Positions 35,222 to 45,937 of a stretch of 64,000 nt of DNA are shown here, one piece after another (position 1 is the stretch's first letter; every line of letters starts with the position of its first letter). A program made the position numbers and the translations under genes. The notes beneath the pieces were generated by a model. The model was not told the origin of the DNA and searched no databases. It worked only from the letters and a program-made list of their open reading frames with translations. Source of the stretch: an uncultured bacterium. Lineage in GTDB: Bacteria; Desulfobacterota_D; UBA1144; Nemesobacterales; UBA2774. The stretch is from contig CAVPJU010000010.1 in the NCBI GenBank assembly GCA_963705505.1, positions 640,001 to 704,000 on the forward strand, read 5' to 3'.

Positions 35222-35638
35222 CTATCCTATATCGATTCCCATGCTCCTCGCGGTGCCGGATACGATCTTTACGGCCGCGTCCAGATCGTTCGTATTCAGG
35301 TCCTGCATTTTTATCCTCGCGATTTCCTCAACCTGCGATCTCGTCAGTTTCCCGGCCTTTTTCTTCGGAGCCTCTCCCGAACCCTTCTCTATCTTCGCGG
35401 CCTTCTTCAGAAGATAGGAAACCGGAGGTGATTTGACCTCAAAAGAAAACGATTTATCCGAGTAAACCGTTACTACTACGGGAAGAATTCCCTCCATTTT
35501 CTGCGTCTGAGCATTAAAGCCTTTGCAAAACTCCATTATGTTAACACCCCTCTGACCGAGTGCCGGACCCACAGGGGGGGATGGTGTGGCTTTCCCGGCT
35601 TCAACCAGGAGTTTTACGAATCCGTCTATTTTTTTCAT
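35222..35638 (-). CDS. rplK: 50S ribosomal protein L11
   Basis: [30 protein letters not shown]. Confidence 0.97.
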   Translation of the reverse strand: MKKIDGFVKLLVEAGKATPSPPVGPALGQRGVNIMEFCKGFNAQTQKMEGILPVVVTVYSDKSFSFEVKSPPVSYLLKKAAKIEKGSGEAPKKKAGKLTRSQVEEIARIKMQDLNTNDLDAAVKIVSGTARSMGIDIG

Positions 35639-35639
35639 A

Positions 35640-36197
35640 TTAAATCTTCTCCACTTGATTAAAATCGAGTTCTATAGGCGTTGTTCTGCCGAATATCGTC
35701 ACCAGTACCTGGACCTTCGCTTTATCCGGTCTCACTTCCTCGATTACACCGGAAAAATTGGCAAACGGCCCCTCGATTACCTTCACGGTTTCTCCCCTGT
35801 CAAACGTGACCTTCGGCTTGGGTTTTAACGTACCTTCTTCTATTTGTTTCTTTATCTTGAGGACTTCCGGCTCATGTATGTCCGGCACCGAGTCCGGATC
35901 GATCCTGCCGTCCTTAAGCTTGCCGCCGACAAAACCAATGACTTTCGGAATATTCCTTATGAAATGCCAGCTTTTATCGTTGAGCTCCATCTTTATCAAT
36001 ATATAGCCCGGGAAGAATTTTCTGACCGATGTCTTTTTTTTCCCTCCCTTGACCGGCTCTACTATGGTCTCGGTAGGGACCAGAACCTCGAGGACCAGAT
36101 CATCGACCCCTTCCATCTTTGCCCTGTCCTCAATATAGGATTTCACCCTGTCTTCGAATCCCGTATTGGTATGTACCACGTACCATCTTTTAGCCAT
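35640..36197 (-). CDS. nusG: Transcription factor NusG
   Basis: WYVVHT, FFPGY, KOW motif [15 protein letters not shown]. Confidence 0.97.
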   Translation of the reverse strand: MAKRWYVVHTNTGFEDRVKSYIEDRAKMEGVDDLVLEVLVPTETIVEPVKGGKKKTSVRKFFPGYILIKMELNDKSWHFIRNIPKVIGFVGGKLKDGRIDPDSVPDIHEPEVLKIKKQIEEGTLKPKPKVTFDRGETVKVIEGPFANFSGVIEEVRPDKAKVQVLVTIFGRTTPIELDFNQVEKI

Positions 36198-36223
36198 AAA
36201 AAATCATTCTCTCCGTATATCTG

Positions 36224-36427
36224 TTAACTGAGTATGAGCCTGACCATCCACGAGAACACATAATCCACAAGCCCCAAAAAAGAGGCAAAAATAGTGGAAA
36301 TTACGACAACAGCCAGGGTCGATTTGATCGTCTCCTGTCTTGACGGCCAGGTTATACGCTTTGCCTCGCTCTCGATATCCCTTGCGAACTGAGCCGCATC
36401 CGTATTTAATTTTCTTAATCTGTCCAT
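36224..36427 (-). CDS. secE: Preprotein translocase SecE
   Basis: EAKRITWPSRQE plus one TM helix; lies between tRNA-Trp and nusG. Confidence 0.93.
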   Translation of the reverse strand: MDRLRKLNTDAAQFARDIESEAKRITWPSRQETIKSTLAVVVISTIFASFLGLVDYVFSWMVRLILS

Positions 36428-36442
36428 TAAGGTTTCCTAATT

Positions 36443-36516
36443 CAGGGCAGGAGGGAATCGAACCCCCAACCGCTGGATTTGGAGTCCAGTGCTCTCCCTA
36501 ATTGAGCTACTGCCCT
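36443..36516 (-). tRNA. tRNA-Trp (CCA)
   Basis: AGGGCAG...CTCCAAA...GGTTCGATTCC...CTGCCCTG; 3' CCA not encoded. Confidence 0.93.
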
Positions 36517-36536
36517 ATTGAAAATTTTAAATGCAC

Positions 36537-36695
36537 CTACTTCGTCTCTTTATGAACAAGATGCCGCTTGCACCATTTGCAGTACTTCTTGAGCTCGATC
36601 TTGTCCCGATGAGTCTGCTTGTTTTTCGTTGTCGAATAGTTTCTTCTCTTGCATTCTACGCACGCAAGAGCGACGACCAATATATTATCACCCAT
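36537..36695 (-). CDS. rpmG: 50S ribosomal protein L33, zinc-binding form (missing from the ORF track)
   Basis: Translated by hand: [52 protein letters not shown]. Confidence 0.95.
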   Translation of the reverse strand: MGDNILVVALACVECKRRNYSTTKNKQTHRDKIELKKYCKWCKRHLVHKETK

Positions 36696-36704
36696 AGCTC
36701 TTCA

Positions 36705-37889
36705 CTACTCCACGATTTTAGTAACAACACCTGCACCTACAGTCCTTCCGCCTTCCCTGATCGCAAACCGGAGCTGATCCTCTAACGCCACGGGCGCTAT
36801 AAGCTCAACGTCCATGTTTATGTTGTCCCCGGGCATCACCATCTCCACTCCCTCGGGAAGCACTATCGACCCCGTCACGTCCGTCGTCCTTAAATAAAAC
36901 TGAGGACGGTACCCAGGGAAAAACGGCGTATGCCTCCCACCTTCTTCCTTCTTCAACACATACACCTCCGCCTTGAACTTCTTATGCGGCGTTATGCTCC
37001 CAGGTTTTGCGAGAACCTGCCCCCTCTCAACCTCGTCCTTCCCCGTTCCCCTCAGCAGCACTCCCACGTTGTCCCCCGCATGCGCATCGTCCAGAATCTT
37101 CCTGAACATCTCAAGGCTCGTCGCCACAGTCTTTCGCGTATCCCTGAACCCCACTATCTCCACCTCGTCCCCTGCCAATATCTTCCCCCTCTCCACTCTG
37201 CCCGTCACGACCGTTCCCCTTCCAGAGATAGTGAACACGTCCTCTATCGCCATCAAAAACGGCTTGTCCATCTCCCTCACGGGCACAGGTATGTACTCGT
37301 CTATCGCTTTCATCAAATCCATTATCTGGTTCATCGCCGCCGGGTCTTCCTCAAGCGCCTTTAACGCGCTCACCCTCACCACCGGCACATCGTCCCCGGG
37401 AAACCCGTACTGGCTCAATAAATCCCTTACCTCAAGCTCCACAAGGTCCAATAGCTCTTCGTCGTCCATCATGTCCACTTTATTAAGCGCTACCACTATG
37501 TAGGGCACCCCTACCTGCCTCGCAAGCAGTATGTGCTCCCTCGTCTGGGGCATAGGACCGTCCGGTGCGCTCACTACCAATATCGCCCCGTCCATCTGCG
37601 CCGCTCCCGTTATCATGTTCTTTACGTAGTCCGCGTGCCCGGGACAGTCAACGTGCGCATAGTGCCTCTTCGGCGTCTCGTACTCCACGTGTGCTATGTT
37701 TATCGTTATGCCCCTCTCCCTCTCCTCAGGAGCCTTGTCTATCTCCGAGAACTCCACGTACTTCGCACCCCCGGACTTGCTCAATACCTTCGTTATCGCC
37801 GCCGTCAGCGTCGTCTTCCCGTGGTCCACGTGACCTATCGTCCCTATGTTTAAATGCGGCTTCCCCCGCGCAAATTTCTCCTTAGACAT
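36705..37889 (-). CDS. tuf: Elongation factor Tu
   Basis: [24 protein letters not shown]. Confidence 0.99.
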   Translation of the reverse strand: MSKEKFARGKPHLNIGTIGHVDHGKTTLTAAITKVLSKSGGAKYVEFSEIDKAPEERERGITINIAHVEYETPKRHYAHVDCPGHADYVKNMITGAAQMDGAILVVSAPDGPMPQTREHILLARQVGVPYIVVALNKVDMMDDEELLDLVELEVRDLLSQYGFPGDDVPVVRVSALKALEEDPAAMNQIMDLMKAIDEYIPVPVREMDKPFLMAIEDVFTISGRGTVVTGRVERGKILAGDEVEIVGFRDTRKTVATSLEMFRKILDDAHAGDNVGVLLRGTGKDEVERGQVLAKPGSITPHKKFKAEVYVLKKEEGGRHTPFFPGYRPQFYLRTTDVTGSIVLPEGVEMVMPGDNINMDVELIAPVALEDQLRFAIREGGRTVGAGVVTKIVE

Positions 37890-37941
37890 CTCCTGTTACT
37901 ACCTCCTTAATGGATTGAAGAACAAGTTTTCATGCACCACA

Positions 37942-38017
37942 TGGAGCCCACGAGCGGATTCGAACCGCTGACCTCATCCTTACCAAGGATGTGCTCTGCC
38001 GACTGAGCTACGTGGGC
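37942..38017 (-). tRNA. tRNA-Thr (GGT)
   Basis: GCCCACG...TTGGTAA...GTTCGAATC...CGTGGGCT-CCA. Confidence 0.95.
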
Positions 38018-38030
38018 AAAGAAAGCCATG

Positions 38031-38104
38031 AGCGGGAGACGGGATTCGAACCCGCGACCCTCAGCTTGGAAGGCTGATGCTCTAGCCAACTGAGCTACTC
38101 CCGC
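38031..38104 (-). tRNA. tRNA-Gly (TCC)
   Basis: GCGGGAG...CTTCCAA...GTTCGAATC...CTCCCGCT; full CCA not encoded. Confidence 0.95.
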
Positions 38105-38183
38105 TTTAATAGCATTGCAGCCTGCCTTGAGCTTATTCATTGTTAAAATAAACCGATAAAATTTATTCCCGTCATCAATGCAC

Positions 38184-38266
38184 TGGGGAGGGCAGGATTC
38201 GAACCTACGTAGGCTTGCACCGGCAGATTTACAGTCTGCTGCTTTTGACCGCTCAGCCACCTCCCC
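38184..38266 (-). tRNA. tRNA-Tyr (GTA)
   Basis: GGGGAGG...CTGTAAA..., long variable arm, GTTCGAATC...CCTCCCCA; CCA not encoded. Confidence 0.94.
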
Positions 38267-38313
38267 TCCGATAAAATTGCATACAACTCTCTCTAATTGC
38301 AACATTTTTCCGA

Positions 38314-38388
38314 TGGAGCTGGCGAAGGGATTTGAACCCCCGGCCTGCTGATTACAAATCAGCTGCTCTTCCACTGAGCTACGCCAGC
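38314..38388 (-). tRNA. tRNA-Thr (TGT)
   Basis: GCTGGCG...TTTGTAA...GTTCAAATC...CGCCAGCT-CCA. Confidence 0.95.
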
Positions 38389-38469
38389 TTATAAAGAATC
38401 GATAATTTCTATGGATTCTCCATTAATATGAAATTAGATAGAATTCACCCGAATATATGGAATCACGGT

Positions 38470-38499
38470 ATTGTAACACAATAAACCGAATACTGTCAA
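38470..38499 (-). promoter_or_regulatory. Sigma70-type promoter of the tRNA-tuf operon
   Basis: TTGACA-N18-TACAAT with a TG extension. Confidence 0.65.
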
Positions 38500-38523
38500 G
38501 GTAAAGAATTGATTTTACATAAA

Positions 38524-39003
38524 TTAATAGAGGGACACCATAATTTCCGCCTCTGCAACTATTGAGCCTCCCACACTGGCTTCCCCGGTGAAGATTATGA
38601 TCTTCGAGCGTCTCTTCAATATCCTCACATCCAACTGCATAATGTCGTTCGGATATACTGCTTTCCTGAAACGCACTTTTTCAAGCCCCGCAAGGTAAGC
38701 CCCCGATTGTCCTTTGGATTTTAGTTCCTCGGTGAACGATAAGTTATAAAGGACTCCGCCCGCCTGAGCCAGCGCCTCGACTATAATCACGCCGGGAACA
38801 ATCGGATTTCCGGGGAAATGGCCTCTGAAAAACACCTCGCCGGGACTGAATTTCTTGACCGCAAGGATTCTCGACCCGTATTCCAGCTCCAGAACCTCAT
38901 CGACGAAGAGAAACGGCTCCCTGTGAGGAATACAATTCTTGATAGACTCTCTATCAATCAAAATTACATTGCTCCCGTGAGTACGAATGCCGTTAGACAT
39001 CAC
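38524..39003 (-). CDS. fabZ: 3-hydroxyacyl-ACP dehydratase
   Basis: IPHREPFLFVD, FFRGHFPGNPIVPGVIIVEALAQ. Confidence 0.88.
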   Translation of the reverse strand: MMSNGIRTHGSNVILIDRESIKNCIPHREPFLFVDEVLELEYGSRILAVKKFSPGEVFFRGHFPGNPIVPGVIIVEALAQAGGVLYNLSFTEELKSKGQSGAYLAGLEKVRFRKAVYPNDIMQLDVRILKRRSKIIIFTGEASVGGSIVAEAEIMVSLY

Positions 39004-39509
39004 TACTTGGCGTCATAAGCCTGTATAACCTGTTGAGTTATATCTATTGCCGGGATTGCGTATATGACACCGCCCTCGGTCTTTTCAATTATGAGCGTAT
39101 AGCCGCCGGACTTGCCGATTGACTGAAGTATTCCATCGAGATCCTTCAATATTTTTTCCAAAAGCTCGTAATCCCTCTTCTGGAGCTCATCCCTGAAATC
39201 GGCTCTCGACCTCTGAAGCTCTTTGTCGAGCTGGTCGATCTGCTCGGCCTTTTGTTTCCTAGTTACTTCGTTCATCACGGGGCCGTTTTGAATAAACTCA
39301 TTTTTCATCGCTTCGAGCTGGGAGCTCTTACTCTCAATGATCTGCTGCTTTTGTTTGAACTCGGCTTCGAATGCGGACTTTGCAGCCTTACCCGCTTTCG
39401 AATTCGCTATAACCATCTGTAAATCTATAATCCCTATCTTGTTTTCCTGCGAATAGGAAAAAACGGGAGTCAGAAGCAACAAACCAAATACAAGTAAAAA
39501 TAATCTCAT
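39003..39509 (-). CDS. skp: OmpH/Skp periplasmic chaperone
   Basis: Signal peptide, KIGIIDLQ, coiled coil, DITQQVI; next to bamA. Confidence 0.9.
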   Translation of the reverse strand: MRLFLLVFGLLLLTPVFSYSQENKIGIIDLQMVIANSKAGKAAKSAFEAEFKQKQQIIESKSSQLEAMKNEFIQNGPVMNEVTRKQKAEQIDQLDKELQRSRADFRDELQKRDYELLEKILKDLDGILQSIGKSGGYTLIIEKTEGGVIYAIPAIDITQQVIQAYDAK

Positions 39510-39528
39510 TTCTTTACCTCCTCGAATG

Positions 39529-41958
39529 TTAAAATAATGTTCCTACAGTAAACTGAATTTCATAAGAATCTTCTCCGGGCAGCTTGTTCCCGAGCGGGAA
39601 CCCGACTTCGAGTCTGAGCGGTCCCAGCGGCGACACCCACCTTATACCGAAACCCACGTCCTTCCTCAGATCGACAGGGTTTAAAGTCACATCCTGCCCG
39701 TCGTTAAACGCATCTCCCATATCGAAGAAAACCGCCCCCCTCAAGCCGACCGACGGCATCAAAGGAAAGATGTAGTCAACCGAGAACAGCAGCTCCTGAA
39801 CGCCGCCGATTATAACGAAACTGCCGTCGGCGGAGGGAACCCTGGGGCCCACCCTTCTGAAGCCGTAGCCTCTCAGAGAATTCGGCCCTCCGAGGAAGAA
39901 CCTCTCTCCCACGACGAGGTTGCTCCCGTTATTTATGAAATCGATAATTCCGTAAGTACCTCTCACGGTCAATACCGTACTGAGCCACAGAGGAAACCAT
40001 TGCCTCGATGATACAGTATATTTAATAAATTCCGTATTACCACCCAGCGGCCCCCCGGCAAATTCGACATTCGTTTCGCTCAGGTTTCCGGCGCTGGGAT
40101 CGAGGAGATTATTTCTCGAATCCCACACAAAACCCAAACCGACGCTGCTGATGTTTTCTTTCGACCTGGTAATAATAAGTCTTGCGTTCTCGTCTATATC
40201 TCCGATTTTCACATGTTCATATCTGTAGGTGGCATTGCCGCTCAGGTATCTCCACAGCAGCCTTCCGAAGGTCAAACTCCCGCCGTACGAATTCCGGTCA
40301 AAATCCCTGTACTGCCTGTCCGTCCTGAACAGGAGGGCATCGAGAGTCCAGTTTGTATCTAACAGGTGAGGGTCCTGATATTGCACATAAAAGAGCTGCG
40401 TTACTCCGCCTATCTGGGCGTTTAACGTGAGCCTCTTCCCGTATCCGAAAAGATTTGCTTCCTGGATCTGACCCGCGAAAATAAACGTCTCGACGGAGCT
40501 GAAACCACCGGCGATGCTGAAAAACCCTGTGGGCTTCTCCTCGACCTTTACCTTAACATCCAGCTGATCCGTGGTGCCCGGCACACGCTCCGTGGCGACT
40601 TCCACGTTATTCTCAAAAAACCCGAGCCTCGTAACCCTAGACTTAATAGCCTGAACCTCGGTCGCGTTAAAGAGCTGATCTTCCTCTATGGCTATTTCCC
40701 TTCTTATAACCTTATCCCTCGTCCTGACATTGCCTACGATATCTATTTGCCGCACATAAACTTCGGGCCCCTTTTCAATTTTGAACCGAACATCGACCGT
40801 CAGCTTCTGCCTGTCGAGCTTGAATCCGGGCTCCACGTTAGCGAACGCATAACCCTTGTCGCCGTAGAATGTCGTAAGCCCCGATATATCCGCAGCGAGG
40901 AAACTGCCTCTGAATATCTCCCCGCTTTTAAGCTTAAGGAGCGCCCTGAGCTGATCCTCCGGCACTACTAAATCCCCAACGAACGCAATCTGATCGACCT
41001 TGTACTGGTTGCCCTCGTCTATTTTAAACGTAATAATATAACCCTTTTTTTTATCGTCATATACTATTTCAGGCTTGCTGACCTTTACGTCTAGGAACCC
41101 GTTATCGATATAAGTAGTCCTTATCCTCTCCGTATCGTTGTCGACCTCCTGAGGGTTGTAGAGGCCCTTTTTCGAAAGAAAGGAAAACATCCCTTTGGGT
41201 TTCGAGTATAAGCCCTTTTTTATTATTTTCGTCTTCAGTTTTTCATTGCCGACGAAGACGACTTGCTTTATGTAGGCCTTCTTGCCCTCCTTTATGTCGA
41301 ATGTAACGCTTACAGTCCCTTCCCCCTCGGGCTCGATGCTGTAATCCACTACAGTTCCCACAAGACCGCTCTGGGCATAGAGGGCGCTTATGGCTTCCTG
41401 GCTTTTCTTCACTTTACTGAGGTCGATAATCCGGCCTTCCTTAACGTCGGTGACCTCGAGTATCTTATCGCTCTTTATGTCTTTATTCCCCCTGATTCTC
41501 AGGTCAGAGACAACGGGCTTTTCCTTAACCTTATAAACCAGGATTATCCCTTCGGGTGTCTTTTCGGTCTCGGCTGTCACATCTTCGAAGAATCCCAGCT
41601 TGTAAAGCCTCTTGATATCGTCCCTCACGGTCGCGGTCGACAGGGGCTCCCCTACCTTTGAGGAGATATTCAGCCCTATGAGCTCCGTTTCCACACGAAG
41701 GTTGCCCTCTATTTTTATCTGGACCACATTGACCTGTCCCTGGACCTGTCCCTGATTCCCGGGTGTTTGCGCGCCTGCCCCGTTTTCAACCGCCCCGCTC
41801 TCCGGTTTCTTGACTGCGTCCGACGCGGAGGGTGCATTATCAGCCGCGTCCTGTCCGAAAGATATCTCGCAGCAAATGGAAGTCAGAAGGAGCAGCAGCG
41901 CAGCCGCAAAAGCGGCTCTACATACCCGGAAGTTAATTGACATCGACGATTTTCCCAT
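39529..41958 (-). CDS. bamA: Outer membrane protein assembly factor BamA
   Basis: POTRA repeats (GNVRTRDKVIRRE), GGPNSLRGY, SPLGPL, C-terminal Phe. Confidence 0.95.
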   Translation of the reverse strand: MGKSSMSINFRVCRAAFAAALLLLLTSICCEISFGQDAADNAPSASDAVKKPESGAVENGAGAQTPGNQGQVQGQVNVVQIKIEGNLRVETELIGLNISSKVGEPLSTATVRDDIKRLYKLGFFEDVTAETEKTPEGIILVYKVKEKPVVSDLRIRGNKDIKSDKILEVTDVKEGRIIDLSKVKKSQEAISALYAQSGLVGTVVDYSIEPEGEGTVSVTFDIKEGKKAYIKQVVFVGNEKLKTKIIKKGLYSKPKGMFSFLSKKGLYNPQEVDNDTERIRTTYIDNGFLDVKVSKPEIVYDDKKKGYIITFKIDEGNQYKVDQIAFVGDLVVPEDQLRALLKLKSGEIFRGSFLAADISGLTTFYGDKGYAFANVEPGFKLDRQKLTVDVRFKIEKGPEVYVRQIDIVGNVRTRDKVIRREIAIEEDQLFNATEVQAIKSRVTRLGFFENNVEVATERVPGTTDQLDVKVKVEEKPTGFFSIAGGFSSVETFIFAGQIQEANLFGYGKRLTLNAQIGGVTQLFYVQYQDPHLLDTNWTLDALLFRTDRQYRDFDRNSYGGSLTFGRLLWRYLSGNATYRYEHVKIGDIDENARLIITRSKENISSVGLGFVWDSRNNLLDPSAGNLSETNVEFAGGPLGGNTEFIKYTVSSRQWFPLWLSTVLTVRGTYGIIDFINNGSNLVVGERFFLGGPNSLRGYGFRRVGPRVPSADGSFVIIGGVQELLFSVDYIFPLMPSVGLRGAVFFDMGDAFNDGQDVTLNPVDLRKDVGFGIRWVSPLGPLRLEVGFPLGNKLPGEDSYEIQFTVGTLF

Positions 41959-42607
41959 CGGAAAGCCTTATTCTCCTATGCAGCCGCCTGGCAATTTCCT
42001 GATTGTGCGTAACCAATACCGATGTAATTCCATGTTCCTCGTTGAGCATTAAAAACAAGTCGAGAATAGATGCCCCCGTATCCAGGTCCAGGTTCCCGGT
42101 CGGCTCATCGGCCAGGATCACCTTGGGTTTCAGAACCACCGCCCTCGCGATCGCGACCCTTTGCTGCTCTCCCCCCGACAACTCCCCCGGCCGGTGTTCG
42201 AGCCTGTGCTCCAGGCCCACCTTCGTAAGGACATCGCTCGCCGTCTCTTTCGCCTGGCCGGAGCCGATACCGTTAATAAGACACGGCATCATCACGTTCT
42301 CCAAGGCGCTGAACTCGGGCAGGAGATAGTGAAACTGGAACACGAAACCTATCTCCCTGTTCCTGAAGGCCGCAAGCTCGCTGTCGTTCTGTTTGAATAT
42401 GTTGACGTCCCCGTAACAGACCTCTCCGTCCGTCGGCTTTTCCAGCGTTCCCAGTATATGTAAAAGAGTACTTTTCCCCGACCCTGAAACACCGACGACA
42501 CCGAGTGTTTCACCGCCGGATATGTCAAGATCAATACCCTTTAGAGCCTCTACTTTGCCACCCTTTGTTTCAAACACCTTCCATAAACCTCGTACTCGAA
42601 TCTCCAT
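41933..42607 (-). CDS. lolD: Lipoprotein-releasing ABC transporter ATPase
   Basis: GVSGSGKST, GFVFQFHYLL, LSGGEQQRVAIARA, ADEPTGNLD. Confidence 0.9.
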   Translation of the reverse strand: MEIRVRGLWKVFETKGGKVEALKGIDLDISGGETLGVVGVSGSGKSTLLHILGTLEKPTDGEVCYGDVNIFKQNDSELAAFRNREIGFVFQFHYLLPEFSALENVMMPCLINGIGSGQAKETASDVLTKVGLEHRLEHRPGELSGGEQQRVAIARAVVLKPKVILADEPTGNLDLDTGASILDLFLMLNEEHGITSVLVTHNQEIARRLHRRIRLSDGKIVDVN

Positions 42608-42610
42608 TCC

Positions 42611-43921
42611 TCACTCATACCTCAGAGCCTCAATCGGATCTTTTCGAGACGCTTGAAATGACGGATACAGAGTTGCAATAAAACATATCAATATGCTGCA
42701 AAACGCGATCATTAAAAAATAAAACGGTTCAATTTTAACTGGAAACTCAGAAATAGGATAGACATTATTATCAAATGGAATCAGTTTCCTTATCGTTTCG
42801 CTCGTTTTGAGCATATAACAGATGCCGAAACCCGAGAGGCTCCCCAGTAAAGTCCCGACGATTCCGATTATCATCCCGTCTATAACAAAAATCTTCAGTA
42901 TGCCCTGTTTGGTCGCCCCCATAGCGCGGAGTATCGCGATGTCTTTCCCCTTCTCCATAACGACCATGGTCAGCGCGCTTACAATATCGAGCGCCGCGAC
43001 GAGGATAATCAGACCGAGAAAGATGGCTATCGCTACCCTCTCCAGTCTGAGCGCCTTGAAAAGGCTCTTATTGACCTCTTCCCAGTTCCTCGAGTAATAA
43101 GGGAATCCGAGTATCGACGCAAGCTCACTCCCGATCCTCTTCGCATCGTAAATATCCCTGATTTTCACCTCCACCCCGGAGACCTCGCCGTTCATGTCGA
43201 AGAAGTCCATCGCGTCCTTCAGATCGACATACGAAATCGACGAATCGTACTCGATCATACCGTAATCGAATATGCCGACCACTTCAAATTTCTTTACCTT
43301 GGCCGTAGCGCCGAACGGCCCCATCTTTCCGAACGGGGACACGAGGCTCACAAGATCCCCCTCCATGACTCCGAGGGTGCTCGCGAGCTCTTTTCCGAGC
43401 AGTATCGGAGGTTTCCCCGACTCGGTTGAGGAATTGAGTTTGCGGAGCACTTCTTTGCCGGCTTTCGAGAGCTGCTCGTCGGAGAATTTCTCCTTATTTT
43501 TCTTGCCCGCTCCTAAAACCCCCCGTCCTATAGCCTGCTCGATATTCGTAACCGAGCCCGCCGAGCTCGGGTCTATGCCCCGGACTACGGAGCCCGACAC
43601 GTTCCTCTCGCTCGCAATCATCCCCTGTCCGTAAATAAACGGGCTTGCCCCGATGACACCGGGGAACTCGAGCGTATCGTCTTTTATTTTGGAAAAATCC
43701 TTCATCGGCCCGTCGTAGCTCAATATCACTATGTGGGAGCTGACGCCCAGTATTTTCTCCCTGAGCTCCTCTTCGAACCCCCCCATGACAGAAAGGACGA
43801 CGTTAAGAGCCATCACCCCTATTATCACTCCGAGCACTGAAATCAGCCCTATTATAGAGGTAAACTTCTGTCTCCTTCTGGAACTCAGGTACCTGAGCCC
43901 TATAAAAAATTCGTATTTCAT
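42611..43921 (-). CDS. Lipoprotein-releasing ABC transporter permease LolC/E
   Basis: [41 protein letters not shown]. Confidence 0.9.
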   Translation of the reverse strand: MKYEFFIGLRYLSSRRRQKFTSIIGLISVLGVIIGVMALNVVLSVMGGFEEELREKILGVSSHIVILSYDGPMKDFSKIKDDTLEFPGVIGASPFIYGQGMIASERNVSGSVVRGIDPSSAGSVTNIEQAIGRGVLGAGKKNKEKFSDEQLSKAGKEVLRKLNSSTESGKPPILLGKELASTLGVMEGDLVSLVSPFGKMGPFGATAKVKKFEVVGIFDYGMIEYDSSISYVDLKDAMDFFDMNGEVSGVEVKIRDIYDAKRIGSELASILGFPYYSRNWEEVNKSLFKALRLERVAIAIFLGLIILVAALDIVSALTMVVMEKGKDIAILRAMGATKQGILKIFVIDGMIIGIVGTLLGSLSGFGICYMLKTSETIRKLIPFDNNVYPISEFPVKIEPFYFLMIAFCSILICFIATLYPSFQASRKDPIEALRYE

Positions 43922-45381
43922 TCCGGCCTTAAATGGGGGAAGAAAATAACTTCCCTTATGGAGGGTGAGTTTGTAAAAAGCATTACAAGACGGTCAATCC
44001 CTATACCTGCGCCGGCGGTCGGGGGCATCCCGTGTTCAAGCGCCCTGACGAAATCCTCATCCATTTCATGCACTTCTTCCTCCCCCTTCAATTTCAGATC
44101 GAGCTGGCTGCGGAACCTGTCCTCCTGGTCGATGGGGTCATTCAGCTCGGAGAAGGCGTTTGCGATCTCCCTGCCGAAGATATACAGCTCGAACCTGTCC
44201 GTAATCTCGGGATCGTTTTCGTTCTTCCTCGCAAGCGGTGAGACGTCGAGCGGAAACCCGTATACGAAAGTGGGATTCATAAGCTCGTCCCCGGTTAATA
44301 TCTCAAAGATTTCGACGACAGCCTTGCCCCGTATTCTTTTATGATCCACTCCGAGCGAATCCGCTTTTTCAAAAAGCTTGCCGTCATCGGATAAGACTTC
44401 GTTTCCGAGGGCATGCCCGAGGGACTCGAATATGTTGATCCTCTTCCAGGGACGGGTCATGTTTATCTCGGTACCGCCGTAATCGAATACGAGAGAGCCC
44501 TTTATTTCGAGCGCCAGATAGCATATCAGCTCCTCGATCAGGTCCATCAGGTCCTCATACGTGGCATAGGACCGATAGAGCTCTATCATCGTGAATTCCG
44601 GGTTGTGCTGAGTCGAAACCCCTTCGTTCCTGAAAGTCCTTCCGATCTCGTAGACCCTTTCGATCCCGCCTATTACGAGCCGTTTAAGGTAGAGCTCGGG
44701 CGCTATCCTCAAAAACAAATTCATGTCGAGCGCATTGTGGTGTGTTTCGAAAGGGCGCGCCGCCGCTCCCCCCGCAATGGGATGGAGGATAGGTGTTTCC
44801 ACTTCGACAAAATCCCTCTCGTCGAGGAACTTTCTTATGAGCTTGATAATTTTGCTTCTCGTGAGAAATATTTCTTTTACGTCCGGGTTCGAAATGAGGT
44901 CGAGGTAGCGCTGACGGTACCTTGCTTCCACATCCTTGAGCCCGTGCCACTTCTCGGGGAGGGGGTGGAGCGTCTTTGTGAGGAGCGTGAACTCCCCGAC
45001 ATTGACCGTGAGCTCGCCCGTTCTCGTCTTGAACAGGCTCCCGCTTATACCTATGATATCGCCGAGATCAATGTACCTTTTAAAAAATTTGAGTTTGTCT
45101 TCCCCGACGACGTCGGTCTTCAGATACCCCTGTATCTTCCCCGACCTGTCCGCGATATGGAAAAAAACGCTTTTCCCGAAATCCCTCAGAGCCACCACAC
45201 GGCCTGCAAGGGAGAACTCCTCATTCAGGCTTTCGAGTTCATTCGGAGGAGTCTCTCCGAATTTTGACAAAAGCTCGCTTGCCAGGTGACCGGGCTTATA
45301 GCCGTTTGCAAAGGGATTAATGCCTAATGCTCTTAATTCATTCAGCTTTTCTTTTCTCTGTTCGAACTGTTCGTTATCCAT
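43918..45381 (-). CDS. lysS: Lysine--tRNA ligase (class II)
   Basis: [41 protein letters not shown]. Confidence 0.97.
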   Translation of the reverse strand: MDNEQFEQRKEKLNELRALGINPFANGYKPGHLASELLSKFGETPPNELESLNEEFSLAGRVVALRDFGKSVFFHIADRSGKIQGYLKTDVVGEDKLKFFKRYIDLGDIIGISGSLFKTRTGELTVNVGEFTLLTKTLHPLPEKWHGLKDVEARYRQRYLDLISNPDVKEIFLTRSKIIKLIRKFLDERDFVEVETPILHPIAGGAAARPFETHHNALDMNLFLRIAPELYLKRLVIGGIERVYEIGRTFRNEGVSTQHNPEFTMIELYRSYATYEDLMDLIEELICYLALEIKGSLVFDYGGTEINMTRPWKRINIFESLGHALGNEVLSDDGKLFEKADSLGVDHKRIRGKAVVEIFEILTGDELMNPTFVYGFPLDVSPLARKNENDPEITDRFELYIFGREIANAFSELNDPIDQEDRFRSQLDLKLKGEEEVHEMDEDFVRALEHGMPPTAGAGIGIDRLVMLFTNSPSIREVIFFPHLRPE

Positions 45382-45471
45382 GTTTAAAGTTAAAGTTTCT
45401 ACCCCAAAAGGACGGTATCGTCAAGCCGATGAATCTTGAATGTGATAACAGAAAAAGGTCCCGGGAACTGT

Positions 45472-45882
45472 TCAGTCCTTCTTATCGTCAACAATAATAT
45501 ACGTGGCGATAGCCTTGGCAACAAGTTTATTTTCATTGATAATATCGACCTCGGCGGGGACAATCCTGCCCTCCCTCAAAGCCTTGGCGTGAGCCTCGAT
45601 AACGCCTCCCGTTACGGGGCTCAGGTAGCTTATGTTCATATTGACCGTCATGAACTTCTTGCTTTTGTCCCTGACCATTCCCGCAATAGCGACAGCGGCC
45701 GCGGAGTCGGCGAGAGTGGACAATACACCACCGTGCGTATATCCGTAGGGGTTGGTCAGATTCTCGTCCGCGCGTATCGTGAGCTTGCCGTATCCCGCTC
45801 TCATTTCCACAATTTCGATTCCGAGGAATTCCCAGAACGGAACGACGGGGAATTCCCCTTTCATATCTTTTTCCCGAGCCAT
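45472..45882 (-). CDS. PaaI-family thioesterase
   Basis: NPYGYTHGGVLSTLAD hotdog motif. Confidence 0.9.
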   Translation of the reverse strand: MAREKDMKGEFPVVPFWEFLGIEIVEMRAGYGKLTIRADENLTNPYGYTHGGVLSTLADSAAAVAIAGMVRDKSKKFMTVNMNISYLSPVTGGVIEAHAKALREGRIVPAEVDIINENKLVAKAIATYIIVDDKKD

Positions 45883-45937
45883 TGTATGCCTCCGTCGAGC
45901 TGTCGATATATCTTACCTGACACAGAAGTGTCGCTGT

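Noticed and set aside
37907..38374. 155-aa ORF in the track
   Set aside because: It runs through four tRNA genes and is a translation artefact.
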